64,000 nucleotides of DNA. Source: Candidatus Rokubacteria bacterium 13_1_40CM_69_27. GTDB taxonomy: Bacteria > Methylomirabilota > Methylomirabilia > Rokubacteriales > CSP1-6. Position numbers and translations under genes: made by a program. The notes below the pieces were generated by a model. The model saw only the letters and a program-made list of their open reading frames with translations. It made no database searches and was not told where the DNA came from. This document shows, in pieces, positions 40,718-50,820 of this stretch (positions within the stretch are counted from its first letter, which is position 1; every line of letters starts with the position of its first letter). The stretch is from contig MNEF01000087.1 in assembly GCA_001917535.1 (NCBI GenBank), positions 1,401 to 65,400 of the forward strand. The letters run 5' to 3'.

Positions 40718-41147
40718 AGCGAGGCGAGCTGGATCGTCTCGGCGAGGCTCGTCACCCGCGCCTCGGCCCCGGGCGAGGTCCGCAGCTCGTCGATGCGGGC
40801 TCGAGGATCCCGTGGCGGGCGCAGGCCACCTCCCCCTGCCCGAAGCCGTCGCGCCCCTCGCCTTCGCCGAGCATGGAGCGCGTGAGGTCGAGCACGGCAG
40901 CGCGGATGCGCGTGACGTCGCGATGGGTGGCGCTGACGCTCATGCCCTCCCGCGCCGGCAGGTAGCAGGCGGCGGGCGCGCCGCGCTGGCCCTCGACGTG
41001 CACGAGGCACGTGCGGCCGGCGCCGAGCGGCGGACGGTCGGGGTCCTTGCGGAGCTGCGGCAACGGGATGCCGAGCGCGTTGACGGCGTCGAGCACCGTC
41101 GCGCCCGCGAGCACCTCCAGCGCGCGGCCGTCGACCGTGAGCTTCAT
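40636..41147 (-). pseudogene. decayed remnant of a NuoG/FdhA-type 2Fe-2S N-domain fused by frameshift to a NuoF/HoxF-type C-terminal fragment
   Basis: MKLTVDGRALEVLAGATVLDAVNALGIPLPQL is a typical NuoG/Fdh-alpha N-terminus but the ligand Cys are lost; the downstream alternate frame ends ...SLCGLGQAAPLALQHGLETFGTEF resembling the NuoF C-terminus. Confidence 0.4.
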
Positions 41148-41219
41148 GGGCGTATTGTACGGCAGAACCGTGGGCGCCTCGCGGGGCGGCGCTCGCGCGC
41201 GACGCGGATGCGCGCCGGC

Positions 41220-42170
41220 TTAGCGCGCGTAGATGCGCTCGCCGAGCCCCAGGCGCGCGAGCAGGCGGCGCAGCGCGGGCAGGCGCACGAGCCCGCCCGG
41301 CACGAAGAGCCTGCCCAGCACCAGCAGGAGGCCGTAGACCACGAGGCGGAGGTACCACGTGCGCGTCCACAGCAGCTCCTGCACGGCGGTGACGATGACC
41401 GCGCCCACGATGGGCCCGGCGACGGTACCGCTGCCGCCCAGCACGGCCATGGTCACCGGCACCAGCGCGATCTCGGTGCCGAGCACGACCTCGGCGGTGA
41501 GATAGGTCAGGTTCATGGCGTAGACGGCGCCGACGAGTCCGGCCGGCGCCGCCCCGATCAGCAGGGCCCGGAGCTTGTGGCGATAGGGCGCCACGCCGAA
41601 GCTCCGCGCGACGTCCTCGTCTTCCCGGATCGTCATCAGCGCCAGGCCGAGGGGCGAGTGCGCGATCCGGTAGCTCACCCACACGGTCCACGCCGCCAGC
41701 ACGAGCGCCGCGTAGTAGACGACCTCGATCCGGTTGGCGAGCGGGATCGTGAACCCCTGGGAGCCGCCGGTAAGCCCGCCGAGATTGAGCGCCAGCAGCT
41801 CGAGCAGCGGGATCAACCCGAACGTCGCCAGCGCGAAGCAAGCGCCGCGGAGGCGGAAGATCGGATAGGAGATCAGCGCGGCGAAGGCCAGCGGGACGGC
41901 GACGGAGGCCACGACGGCCGCCGGCGGAGGCCAGCCCCGCGTGAGCGCGATCCCGAAGGCGTAGGCCCCCAGGCCGAAGAAGGCCGAGTGCCCCAGGTTC
42001 ATGAGGCCGGCGTAGCCGCCGAGGATATCGTAGGACACGGCCAGCGTCATGTAGATGAGCAGCAGCGCGCCCAGCGAGAGCGCGTACGTCCCCGCCGTCC
42101 ACGGCAGCGCGGCCAGCGCCGCCAGGAGGAAGACCAGCGCCAGCCCGCGACCGGTGCGATCCGGCGTAGA
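41220..42170 (-). CDS. livM: branched-chain amino acid ABC transporter permease (LivM-like), orphan
   Basis: MNLGHSAFFGLGAYAFGIALTRGW and BPD_transp_2 topology; no livH/livG/livF/livK nearby; start approximate. Confidence 0.65.
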   Translation of the reverse strand, partial: STPDRTGRGLALVFLLAALAALPWTAGTYALSLGALLLIYMTLAVSYDILGGYAGLMNLGHSAFFGLGAYAFGIALTRGWPPPAAVVASVAVPLAFAALISYPIFRLRGACFALATFGLIPLLELLALNLGGLTGGSQGFTIPLANRIEVVYYAALVLAAWTVWVSYRIAHSPLGLALMTIREDEDVARSFGVAPYRHKLRALLIGAAPAGLVGAVYAMNLTYLTAEVVLGTEIALVPVTMAVLGGSGTVAGPIVGAVIVTAVQELLWTRTWYLRLVVYGLLLVLGRLFVPGGLVRLPALRRLLARLGLGERIYAR

Positions 42171-42302
42171 GCCCCCTCCCCGCGGCCTGGCCGCTGCCGG
42201 GATTATAGATGAGGTGCGTTGGGCTCCCGGTGGGCGTGCTATCGTCAGCGCGAGGTTCCAGGGCAACGCAGGTCGCCGTCCACTCACGCCAAGGAGGCGG
42301 AT

Positions 42303-42704
42303 ATGCGGGGGATCTGGGGCATCGGACCGGGCTGGGGTATCACCGCGGTGCGGATCGCCATGGCCCTCGTTTTCATCTACTCCGGCTGGAACAAGTACCA
42401 AGCCGGTATCCCTGGCGTCACCGAAGCCTTCACGAAGATGGCCATCCCGGCACCGGGCATCAGCGGGCCGTTCATCATGACCCTCGAACTGGTGGGTGGG
42501 GTGCTGTTGCTGTTCGGCATCCTCGGCCGCTGGCTCGGCCTGCTCTACACCATCGAGTTCATCGTGGCCTTCTTCTACGTGAAGCTGCCAGCGGGGTTCG
42601 GCGGGGCGCGCCTGGACCTGATGCTCCTTGGCGGCGCGATCCTCCTCTTTCTGGCGGGCCCGGGGAGAGCCGCCGCCGACGCGGTCTGGCTCGAGAAGAG
42701 ATGA
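42303..42704 (+). CDS. DoxX family membrane protein
   Basis: AGGAGG RBS; 4-TM DoxX pattern (RIAMALVFIYSGWNK). Confidence 0.7.
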   Translation: MRGIWGIGPGWGITAVRIAMALVFIYSGWNKYQAGIPGVTEAFTKMAIPAPGISGPFIMTLELVGGVLLLFGILGRWLGLLYTIEFIVAFFYVKLPAGFGGARLDLMLLGGAILLFLAGPGRAAADAVWLEKR

Positions 42705-42923
42705 GCCGGGACCTCTAGCGGACCTTGGGCAGGACCTCCCGCGCGTAGAACCGAGGGCGGTAACGACCAGGATCGCGCCGACGAGGTTGCGGGTTATGGC
42801 GCACCCCTGGATGATGAGATCCGGACAGTACGGCTAGCAAGACGCCTGCCACCGGGGGGTGTGGAAACTTTTTCCCACCTACTTTGGTCTTAGAGCCGAA
42901 TACCCTTTCGCGGAGCACTGTTA

Positions 42924-43319
42924 TTGTCTATACTTGCCTGCCCAATGAGGACCGAGCTTCAGACCAGCGATCACAGGGTCAGCGGGCTCGTGGACGTGCT
43001 GGACCGCGTCCTCGACAAGGGGCTCGCCATCGCCGGCGACATCACGATCTCGCTGGCTGAAGTCGAGCTGCTCACCATCCGCATCCGCCTCATCATCTGC
43101 TCGATCGACAAGGCCCAGGAGATCGGCCTCGACTGGTGGAAGCACGATCGGCACCTGTCGGGCCGGCAGGACGCCGTCGAGACGCACGATCTTCAGAGGC
43201 AGCTGCGCGTGCTCGAGCGCAAGGTCGCCGCCCTCAGCACCGGGCGTGTCGCCGCGCCGGCCCGTCGCCCCGGGCGGAGAACCAAACCAGGGAACGAGGA
43301 GTCCTCGCAGGGAGGATGA
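42924..43319 (+). CDS. gvpJ: gas vesicle protein GvpJ/GvpM-like (GvpA family)
   Basis: [37 protein letters not shown] matches the GvpA/J/M hydrophobic core. Confidence 0.75.
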   Translation: MSILACPMRTELQTSDHRVSGLVDVLDRVLDKGLAIAGDITISLAEVELLTIRIRLIICSIDKAQEIGLDWWKHDRHLSGRQDAVETHDLQRQLRVLERKVAALSTGRVAAPARRPGRRTKPGNEESSQGG

Positions 43320-43322
43320 CCG

Positions 43323-43664
43323 ATGCCCGTTGAACGAACGTCCAGCAACACAAGCCTCATCGACGTTCTTGACCGCGTCCTCGACAAGGGCATCGTGATC
43401 GACGCCTGGGTTCGCGTGTCGCTCGTCGGCATCGACCTGATCACCGTCGAGGCACGCATCGTCGTCGCGTCGATCGAGACCTACCTGAAGTACTCGGAAG
43501 CGGTGGCCCAGAGCACGCCGGCTTTACGGTCCAACGCAGTCGAGACCCGCTCGCAGGAAGCTCTGGCGGCGGAGAATCGGTCGCTGCGGTCCAAGCTCGC
43601 AGCGGCGGCCGACGGCACGGGCGTGCCCGTGGTGAGAAGGCGGCGCCGCTCGGTCGGCGTCTAG
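43323..43664 (+). CDS. gvpA: gas vesicle structural protein GvpA
   Basis: [51 protein letters not shown] is near-identical to the canonical GvpA core. Confidence 0.9.
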   Translation: MPVERTSSNTSLIDVLDRVLDKGIVIDAWVRVSLVGIDLITVEARIVVASIETYLKYSEAVAQSTPALRSNAVETRSQEALAAENRSLRSKLAAAADGTGVPVVRRRRRSVGV

Positions 43665-43667
43665 GCC

Positions 43668-45827
43668 GTGGGCCGCGCCCTCCCGCTCCGCGCCCGGTCC
43701 CGAATATCCGGGAGCGGCCGGGCCGAAGCCCGGCTCGCGCTCGCCGAGTTCCTGCTCGGTTGCGACGACGTCGCGGAGTGCGCGCAGTGGGCGCTGGACT
43801 GGCTGGGCGCTCAGACCGACGCCCGGCAGGTCGTGTGCCTGCTGACCGATAAGGAGCGGACGCAGCTGGTCGCGATCGCCGGATACGGCCTGCCCGCTTC
43901 CCGCCTCCCCAAGCTCGCGATCGAGCTCGACCAGCGCGAACATCCGCTGGTGGCCGCCCTCGCCCGCGGCGAGCCGGTCGAGCTCACGCTGAACGGCTCC
44001 AGCGGACGCACCCCTGTGATGCGGCTCTTCGGCCGCGGCACGTTCCTGGCGATCCCGCTCATGGACGGCCGCAAGTCCGAGGACGCCCACGGTCTGCTGC
44101 TCGTCAACCCGAGGGCGCCCGACGTCGTTCGCGAAGGCGCCTGGCTCGCCGACAACCTGGGACCCAAGCTCGCGCGCCTCGGCGCCACCCAAGGGCTGGA
44201 GACGGCCCGGGCGGGCCTGGAGCGGGAACGGATCCTGCTCGAGAGCATCATCAACGCCGTCCACGACCCCGTGTTGTTGACCGATCACGAGGGGCGCATG
44301 ATCCTGGCCAACGCGCGCGCCGAGGCGCTCTTTGCCTCCACCGAGCGCGAGAGCGAAGGCCGGCGCCGGGCCATCGCGCTGAACAACATGCTCTTCTCGG
44401 CCGCCCTGGCCGGCCGCGCCATCGACCGGGCCGAGCCGACGCGCCGGGAGCTGCTGCTGGTGGATCCGATGGACGGCTCCGACCTGTTCTTCGAGCTGCT
44501 GAGCACGGTCGTCACCGATGCGTCGGAGGAGTCCCAGGTGGTCTCGGTCCTCAGGAACGTCAGCGATCTCCGCACCGCCATCGAGGCGCAGGAGGAGAAC
44601 TACCACAAGCTGCGCTTAGCCGAGGCTGAGGTCCGGGCCGAGCGCGACCGGCTCGAGCTGGTCATCGACGCCGTGGCCGACCCGATCCTCGTCACCGACC
44701 CCGCGGGAGCCATCGTCATGACGAACGCCCCGGCCGAGCAGCTCTTCACGGTACGGCCCGACACGCCCGGCGAGGTCGCCGTGAGGGTCCAATCGAACGA
44801 CGCGCACTTCTCGTCGTTCGTCTCGAACCTGCTCTTCGCCGGCGACACCCTGCGCCACTCGGGGTCCATCGAGCTCACCGATCCGGAGACCGGCGAGGGC
44901 CTCCCGGTGGAGGCGTTGGGGGGCAAGGTGCAGTCGGCCCACGGCGAGCTCGTCGGTGTGGTCACGATCCTGCACGACCAGCGGGAGGCGCTCGAGAAGC
45001 AGCAGCTCTACGAGCAGCTCAAGCGCGCCTCCCAGGAGCTGGAGGAGAAGGTCCGCCAGGCCACTGCCGAGCTGGTCCGACAGAACGAGCTGCTGCGGCG
45101 CCAGGCGATCCAGCTCGAGCACGCCTCGGCGCTCAAGTCCAGGTTCCTGGCCAACATGTCCCACGAGTTCCGCACGCCGCTCAACGCGATCCTGGGCTAC
45201 ACGAGCATGCTCCTGCAGGGCGTCCTCGGGGAGCTGACGTCCCAGCAGCGGCGGAGCCTCTCGCGAGTGGACTCCAGCGGGCGGCACCTGCTGGCCCTCA
45301 TCAGCGACATCCTCGACATCTCCCGCATCGAGGCGGGCAAGATGCCGGTCCATGTCAGCGATTTCCCGCTGCCCGAGCTGCTGGCCGAGGTGATGGCGGA
45401 GGTGGAGCCGATCGTCAGCCGCACCAGTCTCTGCGTCACCCAGGAGCTGGCCCCCAACCTGCCGATGATCGAAAGTGACCGCCCGAAGGTCAAACAGATC
45501 GTGCTGAACCTCCTGGCCAACGCGCTGAAGTTCACGCCGGAGGGCTGGGTCAAGGTCTCGGCGAGATTCGACGACGCCGGCGACCGGATCCTCATCGCCG
45601 TCGCCGACTCCGGCATCGGCATCGCCGACGATGACCAGGCGAAGATCTTCGAGGACTTCAGCCAGGCCGACAGCTCCTCCTCGCGCGCCTACAGCGGCGC
45701 CGGGCTGGGGCTCTCCATCTCGCGGCGGCTGGCCTCGATGCTCGGCGGTCAGATCACGCTCGAGAGCAAGGTCGGCCAGGGCTCCGCGTTCACCCTGATG
45801 CTTCCCAGGTCGCGCACGAGCCCATGA
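43668..45827 (+). CDS. GAF-PAS sensor histidine kinase
   Basis: N-terminal GAF-like region, PAS-like repeats, HisKA (NMSHEFRTPLNAILGY) and HATPase_c (GIGIADDDQAKIFEDF...GAGLGLSI). Confidence 0.85.
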   Translation: MGRALPLRARSRISGSGRAEARLALAEFLLGCDDVAECAQWALDWLGAQTDARQVVCLLTDKERTQLVAIAGYGLPASRLPKLAIELDQREHPLVAALARGEPVELTLNGSSGRTPVMRLFGRGTFLAIPLMDGRKSEDAHGLLLVNPRAPDVVREGAWLADNLGPKLARLGATQGLETARAGLERERILLESIINAVHDPVLLTDHEGRMILANARAEALFASTERESEGRRRAIALNNMLFSAALAGRAIDRAEPTRRELLLVDPMDGSDLFFELLSTVVTDASEESQVVSVLRNVSDLRTAIEAQEENYHKLRLAEAEVRAERDRLELVIDAVADPILVTDPAGAIVMTNAPAEQLFTVRPDTPGEVAVRVQSNDAHFSSFVSNLLFAGDTLRHSGSIELTDPETGEGLPVEALGGKVQSAHGELVGVVTILHDQREALEKQQLYEQLKRASQELEEKVRQATAELVRQNELLRRQAIQLEHASALKSRFLANMSHEFRTPLNAILGYTSMLLQGVLGELTSQQRRSLSRVDSSGRHLLALISDILDISRIEAGKMPVHVSDFPLPELLAEVMAEVEPIVSRTSLCVTQELAPNLPMIESDRPKVKQIVLNLLANALKFTPEGWVKVSARFDDAGDRILIAVADSGIGIADDDQAKIFEDFSQADSSSSRAYSGAGLGLSISRRLASMLGGQITLESKVGQGSAFTLMLPRSRTSP

Positions 45828-46228
45828 AGAAGGCGCCCCTGATTCTCCTGGTCGACGACTTCGAAGACAACCGGGAGATGTACGCCATGTTCCTGACGCA
45901 CTCCGGCTTCAAGGTCGCGGAAGCGGCCAATGGGCAGGAGGCGATCGAGCAGGCGTTCGAGCTGCTGCCGGACCTCATCGTGATGGACCTCTCGCTGCCG
46001 GGGCTCGACGGCTGGGAGGCCACGCGCCGCCTCAAGGGCGACGCGCGTACGCGTCACATTCCCGTGCTGGCGCTGACGAGCCACGCCCTTGAAGGCTTCT
46101 CGGAGGGGGCCAAGGAGGCCGGCTGTGACGGCTTCATCACCAAGCCCTGCCTGCCCGATGAGCTCATGGCGGAGATCCGCGGCATGCTCACCGTCGCCAA
46201 GAAATCCAAGTCGAAGAGCTCCACCTAG
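45824..46228 (+). CDS. response regulator receiver protein (CheY-like)
   Basis: ILLVDDFEDNREMY...DLIVMDLSLPGLDGWEA...ALTSHAL...GCDGFITKP; overlaps the HK stop. Confidence 0.85.
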   Translation: MKKAPLILLVDDFEDNREMYAMFLTHSGFKVAEAANGQEAIEQAFELLPDLIVMDLSLPGLDGWEATRRLKGDARTRHIPVLALTSHALEGFSEGAKEAGCDGFITKPCLPDELMAEIRGMLTVAKKSKSKSST

Positions 46229-46580
46229 CGCTTGAGGAGGTTATGCGGCTGGCCTGTTCGGAGAAAGACACGCGCGCCGATGAACGGCCCCGGCGCTGGG
46301 CTTCGGCAGCGGCCAAGCGAGGGCATGGCGGCGTCACCGCCTCGCATCGCGACTCACCTTCCGGGGTCCTTTCCGTCGGTGCTCGGACTGCGAGGCATTG
46401 ATTCCACACACCTTTTGAATGGTATGACCGTGTGGTCGGAATGGCATGACCATTCACGGTGGATATCTGTTGACAGTACGGGCGCGTGGCATGCTAGAGT
46501 GCCCGTCCTCGCGCGGCCTCGGCCACTGGAGTTGGACTAGAAGACGCAGGCGGAAACGAGAACGTGCTCGAGGAGGCCAT

Positions 46581-47480
46581 GTGAAAGGCAGGACGAAGCG
46601 GCAGGCCGGGCCCAAACCCGCGCGGGGACGGTCGGCCCCGGGCAAGACCGGCGACCTCGCGGCCAGCCGCGCCAAGCGGTCCAGCCGCCGGCCGCGGGCC
46701 GAGGCCAAGGGGGGGGCCGACAATCTCGGCAAGTACGTCTACTGCGTGGTCAGCGCCACCGAGCCGCTACGCTTCGGCGCCATCGGCATCGGGGCCAAGC
46801 CCGCCGAGGTCCAGACGGTCAACTACAAAGGCATCGCCGCGATCGTCTCCGACACCCCCCTCGAGGTGTACGACCCCACCCGCGAGAACGTCCTGGCCCA
46901 CGAGCGCGTGAACGAAACGGTCATGCGCACCCACACCGTCATCCCCATGTCGTTCGGCGCGGTGTTCAAGACGCGCGAGGACATCATCGAGCTGCTGCGG
47001 GGCGCCTACAACGCCTTTCACGACGTCCTCTCGAAGATGGAGGACAAGCTCGAGTTCGGGCTGAAGGTCCTCTGGGATCGCGACGTCATGATCCGCGAGA
47101 TCGAGCGGGAGGACGAGGACATCCGGCGGCTCAAGAACGAGATCGCGTCGCAGAAGGGCTCGACCTATTTCGCCCGCGTCCAGTACGGTCGCATGGCGGA
47201 CGCGGCGCTGCAGAACCTGGCCGACCGCTACGTCGCCGACATCTTCGCCCAGCTGCGCGACGTCTGCGTCGCCTCCCGGGCCAACAAGCCCATCGGCGAC
47301 AAGATGATCATGAACGCCGCCTTCCTGGTCGCCCGGAACCAGGAGGCCGCGTTCGACGCGCGCGTGAAGAAGATCGGCGCCCAGTACCACAAGCTCACGT
47401 TCAAGTACACCGGGCCCTGGCCGCCCTACAACTTCGTCAACATCCGGCTGAAGCTCGAGCGGGCCAAGGACGCCCAGTGA
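46581..47480 (+). CDS. gvpL: gas vesicle protein GvpL/GvpF family (paralog 1) with basic N-terminal extension
   Basis: GAGGAGG RBS plus GTG; GKYVYCVVSATEP...GPWPPYNFV motifs of GvpF/L. Confidence 0.8.
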   Translation: MKGRTKRQAGPKPARGRSAPGKTGDLAASRAKRSSRRPRAEAKGGADNLGKYVYCVVSATEPLRFGAIGIGAKPAEVQTVNYKGIAAIVSDTPLEVYDPTRENVLAHERVNETVMRTHTVIPMSFGAVFKTREDIIELLRGAYNAFHDVLSKMEDKLEFGLKVLWDRDVMIREIEREDEDIRRLKNEIASQKGSTYFARVQYGRMADAALQNLADRYVADIFAQLRDVCVASRANKPIGDKMIMNAAFLVARNQEAAFDARVKKIGAQYHKLTFKYTGPWPPYNFVNIRLKLERAKDAQ

Positions 47481-47761
47481 TCATCCTCGACTCCCTCCTG
47501 TTCGGCGGGCTCAAGTTCGTCCTGTCGAAGATCGCCCAGCTCGCCGATGCCGAGCTCAACGATGAGAGCGCGCTGCGCGAGGAGCTGCTGGCCGCCCAGA
47601 TGCGCCTCGAGCTGGGGGAGATGAGCGAGGAGGAGTTCGCGCAGTTCGAGCGCGAGATCCTGGCCCGGCTGCGCGAGATCCGCGCCCGTACGACGGGCGC
47701 CGGGCCCGGGGGGATGAAGGTCACGGGCGTGGAGGCCCGCGCCTGGGACGACGAGGAGTAG
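47477..47761 (+). CDS. gvpG: gas vesicle protein GvpG
   Basis: LFGGLKFVLSKIAQLADAELNDESALREELL...EEFAQFEREIL typical of GvpG; ATGA overlap with gvpL. Confidence 0.75.
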   Translation: MIILDSLLFGGLKFVLSKIAQLADAELNDESALREELLAAQMRLELGEMSEEEFAQFEREILARLREIRARTTGAGPGGMKVTGVEARAWDDEE

Positions 47762-47763
47762 CT

Positions 47764-49818
47764 CCGCACTACCGCTTCTTCGGTGGCAAGGGCGGCGTGG
47801 GCAAGACCACCTGCGCCGCCAGCGCCGCCGTCGCCGCCGCCGAGAGGGGCCACCGGGTGCTCCTGGTGTCGACCGACCCCGCGCATTCCCTGGGCGACGC
47901 CCTCCAGCGCCCGCTCTCCGCGCGCCCGCGCCGGATCCCCACCCGGCGGGGAGCGCTGGAGGCGGTGGAGCTCGACGCCGACCGCGCGCTCGACCGCTGG
48001 ATCGCCGCCCGCCGGCGCCTGCTCCGGACGATCCTCGAGCGGGGAACCTACCTCGACGAGGACGACATCGACCGCTTCCTGCGGCTGTCCTTCCCGGGCG
48101 TCGACGAGCTGATCGGCCTGGTGGAGCTGACGCGCCTGGCCCGCGCACGTCCCTGGGACGACGTGGTGGTGGACACGGCGCCCACCGGTCACACGCTGCG
48201 CCTGCTCGCGATGCCCGCCACGCTGGAGCGGATCGCCACCGTCCTCGACGACATGCAGGCCAAGCATCGCTTTCTCGCCCAGAGCCTCAGCGGCGTCCAC
48301 CGGCCGGACGCGACCGACGCCCTGATCGACGAGATCGCCACCGAGGGCCGGTCACTGCGGGCGCAGCTGAGCGACCCGGACCGCTGCACGTTTGTCTGGG
48401 TGCTCCTGCCCGAGCCGCTGGCGCTCGAGGAGGCCAAGGACGGGATCGGCGCGCTCGACCGGGCGGGCATCTCCGTGAGCGAGATCGTCGTCAACCGCGT
48501 GGTCCCAGCGCCCGACCAGCCCTGCGAGCTGTGCGACGGCCGGCGCCGGGCCGAGCAGGCGGCGATCGCGGCCGCGCGCGCGGCCTTTCCAGGGCGGCCA
48601 CTGACGCTACTTCCCGATCTCGCCGACGAGCCCCGCGGCGTCGCGGCGCTTCGTGGCGTCGGCCGCCATCTCGCCTCCTCGCCAGCCCGCGTCGAGACGC
48701 CTCGGGCGCGGGCTTCGCTCGCGCCATCGACTCCTATGGGAAGGTTCGGAGGGGGCCGTGAGGCCCGTTCCGACTATGGATCTCGGAAGGGGGGCGAAGC
48801 CCCCCTCCGAATCAAAACCGCCGCGGAAGCGGCATGGCTCGAGCGCATCGCGCCGCCGGGCGTGCGCCTCCTCCTCTTCGCCGGCAAGGGCGGCGTGGGC
48901 AAGACCACCTGCGCGGCGGCGGTGGCGCTCGCGCTGGCCGCGCGCGCGCCCCAGGCCGACATCTTGCTGCTCTCCACCGACCCCGCTCACTCTCTGGCCG
49001 ACGTGCTCGCGATCCCGGTCGGGGACGATCCGCATCCCGTCCCGGGCGCCCCGCGCCTCCGCGCGCGTGAGCTGGACGCCGACCGCGTGTTCGCCGCCAA
49101 GCGCGCCCGCTACTGCGAAGCGGTCGACGATCTGTTCGCGGCGCTGAGGGGCGGTTCGCGCTTCGACGTCGCCTTCGACCGCACCGTCGTCCAGGACCTC
49201 ATCGACCTGGCGCCGCCGGGCCTCGACGAGCTGTTCGGGATCCTCACGGTGATCGAGGCGCTGTTCCCCGAGCCCGGCGCCGGCCGGCGCTACGACACGG
49301 TCGTGCTCGATACCGCGCCCACGGGCCACGCGCTACGGCTCCTCGAGCTGCCGGATGCCGCGCTCGAATGGGTGCACGCGCTGCTGGAGATCCTCCTCAA
49401 ATACCGGAAGGTCATCGGCCTGGGCGAGCTGGGGATGGATCTCGTGACCGTCTCGCGCGACTTGAGGCGGCTGGGGGCGCTGCTCCGCGACCGGGTTGAA
49501 ACGGGACTGGTCGCCGTCACGCGCCCGGCGGAGCTGCCGCGTCTGGAGACCCTCCGTCTGCTCCGGCGGATCGGGCGGCTCCGGATTCCGCTCGCGGCCG
49601 TGCTGGTGAACGCCGTCACGCCGCCCGGCTGTGCCCGCTGCCGGACCATCAGTCGCCGCGAGGCGCGCCAGCTCACCGCGCTCCGACGGGAGTGCCGGTC
49701 GCCCGCCCGCGGTCGCTGCGGTATCATCGTGGCTCCGGCCGTGGCGCCGCCGGCGCGCGGCGCCGCGGCGCTCGCCCGCTGGCGCGCGCGCTGGGAGCTG
49801 GATGGTGAAACGGACTGA
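47764..49818 (+). CDS. tandem ArsA/GET3-type P-loop ATPase (two ArsA halves in one ORF)
   Basis: Two GKGGVGKTTCAA P-loops, two STDPAHSL motifs, DTAPTGHTLRLL signature (twice); the start is upstream of the ORF-track Met because the P-loop begins at about 47776; the linker contains a REP-like insertion. Confidence 0.75.
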   Translation, partial: PHYRFFGGKGGVGKTTCAASAAVAAAERGHRVLLVSTDPAHSLGDALQRPLSARPRRIPTRRGALEAVELDADRALDRWIAARRRLLRTILERGTYLDEDDIDRFLRLSFPGVDELIGLVELTRLARARPWDDVVVDTAPTGHTLRLLAMPATLERIATVLDDMQAKHRFLAQSLSGVHRPDATDALIDEIATEGRSLRAQLSDPDRCTFVWVLLPEPLALEEAKDGIGALDRAGISVSEIVVNRVVPAPDQPCELCDGRRRAEQAAIAAARAAFPGRPLTLLPDLADEPRGVAALRGVGRHLASSPARVETPRARASLAPSTPMGRFGGGREARSDYGSRKGGEAPLRIKTAAEAAWLERIAPPGVRLLLFAGKGGVGKTTCAAAVALALAARAPQADILLLSTDPAHSLADVLAIPVGDDPHPVPGAPRLRARELDADRVFAAKRARYCEAVDDLFAALRGGSRFDVAFDRTVVQDLIDLAPPGLDELFGILTVIEALFPEPGAGRRYDTVVLDTAPTGHALRLLELPDAALEWVHALLEILLKYRKVIGLGELGMDLVTVSRDLRRLGALLRDRVETGLVAVTRPAELPRLETLRLLRRIGRLRIPLAAVLVNAVTPPGCARCRTISRREARQLTALRRECRSPARGRCGIIVAPAVAPPARGAAALARWRARWELDGETD
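48745..48810. repeat. REP-like element (two hairpin modules) lying in-frame within the ArsA-like ATPase linker
   Basis: TTCGGAGGGGGCCGTGAGGCCCGTTCCGA ... TCGGAAGGGGGGCGAAGCCCCCCTCCGA translated as ...GRFGGGREARSDYGSRKGGEAPLRIK... between the two ArsA halves without a stop. Confidence 0.55.
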
Positions 49819-50596
49819 CACGACCGCCACCTACCTCTATTGCCTGGTGCACGGCAAGAAGTCTCCGTCTCTGGCCAGGCCGCCCCGGGGGCTTCCGGGC
49901 GCCGGCCCGGTGCGGCTGCTGGACGCGGGGGACGGCTTCTGGCTCGCCGTCGCCGACGCGCCCCTGGCGCGCTACGGCAGCGAGCCCATCGAGCGCGGCC
50001 TGCGCGACCTCAAGTGGGTGTCGGCGTGCGCGATGGCCCACGAGAGCGTCGTCGAGCACTTCGGCCGCGCGGGCACCGTCATCCCGATGAAGCTCTTCAC
50101 CCTGTTCTCGAGCGACGAGCGGGCCGCCACCCACGTGCGACGCGCGCGCAAGCGGCTCCTGCGCCTGATCACCCGCGTCATGGACCGCCAGGAGTGGGGC
50201 GTGCGGCTGAGCCTGGACGAGGCCCGCGGGCTCCGCGGTCTCGCCGCGCGCTCCCCGGGCGACGGCCGGCGCCTCGGCGCCGGCACGGGCTTCCTTGTCC
50301 GTAAGAAACAGGAACGCGACTCCGTCCGCCGGCTGGCCGAGCGGGCGCGCGCCGAAGCCGATCGCATCTTCGGCGCATTGGCCCGGCGCGCCGACGACGC
50401 GCGGCGCCAGACGCCGCCCCCGGGCGACGCCGGCATCCGCGTGCTCCTCGACGCCGCCTTCCTCGTGCGCGCCCGGCGCTCCCCTCAGTTCCGGGCGACC
50501 GCCCACGGCCTTGCCCGCCGCCTGGCCGGCGAGGGCTACGCCCTCACGCTGAGTGGTCCCTGGCCGCCCTACACCTTCGTGGCGGGGCCCGCGTGA
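49802..50596 (+). CDS. gvpF: gas vesicle protein GvpF/GvpL family (paralog 2)
   Basis: TYLYCLVHG...VIPMKLFTLF...GPWPPYTFV; ATG overlaps the ArsA-like stop. Confidence 0.75.
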   Translation: MVKRTDTTATYLYCLVHGKKSPSLARPPRGLPGAGPVRLLDAGDGFWLAVADAPLARYGSEPIERGLRDLKWVSACAMAHESVVEHFGRAGTVIPMKLFTLFSSDERAATHVRRARKRLLRLITRVMDRQEWGVRLSLDEARGLRGLAARSPGDGRRLGAGTGFLVRKKQERDSVRRLAERARAEADRIFGALARRADDARRQTPPPGDAGIRVLLDAAFLVRARRSPQFRATAHGLARRLAGEGYALTLSGPWPPYTFVAGPA

Positions 50597-50820
50597 AGCC
50601 CAAGGCGCGGCGCCGGCTCCGGAACGTCCTCGACGAGGCGGACGCGTCGCTGCTCGATCTCGTGGACCACGTGCTCAACAAGGGCGTCGTCATCGAGGGC
50701 GAGGTGCTGCTCGGCCTCGCCAACGTCGATCTCGTCTATCTCCGGTTGGCCGCCGTCCTCTGCGCCGCCGACCGCCTGGAGCGGACGAACGAAAGCCGGC
50801 GGCGGCGGGCGCGGTCGTGA
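50593..50820 (+). CDS. gvpS: small gas vesicle protein of the GvpA/J/S family
   Basis: LLDLVDHVLNKGVVIEGEVLLGLANVDLVYLRLAAVL matches the GvpA-family core; GTG start overlapping the upstream stop. Confidence 0.65.
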   Translation: MKPKARRRLRNVLDEADASLLDLVDHVLNKGVVIEGEVLLGLANVDLVYLRLAAVLCAADRLERTNESRRRRARS

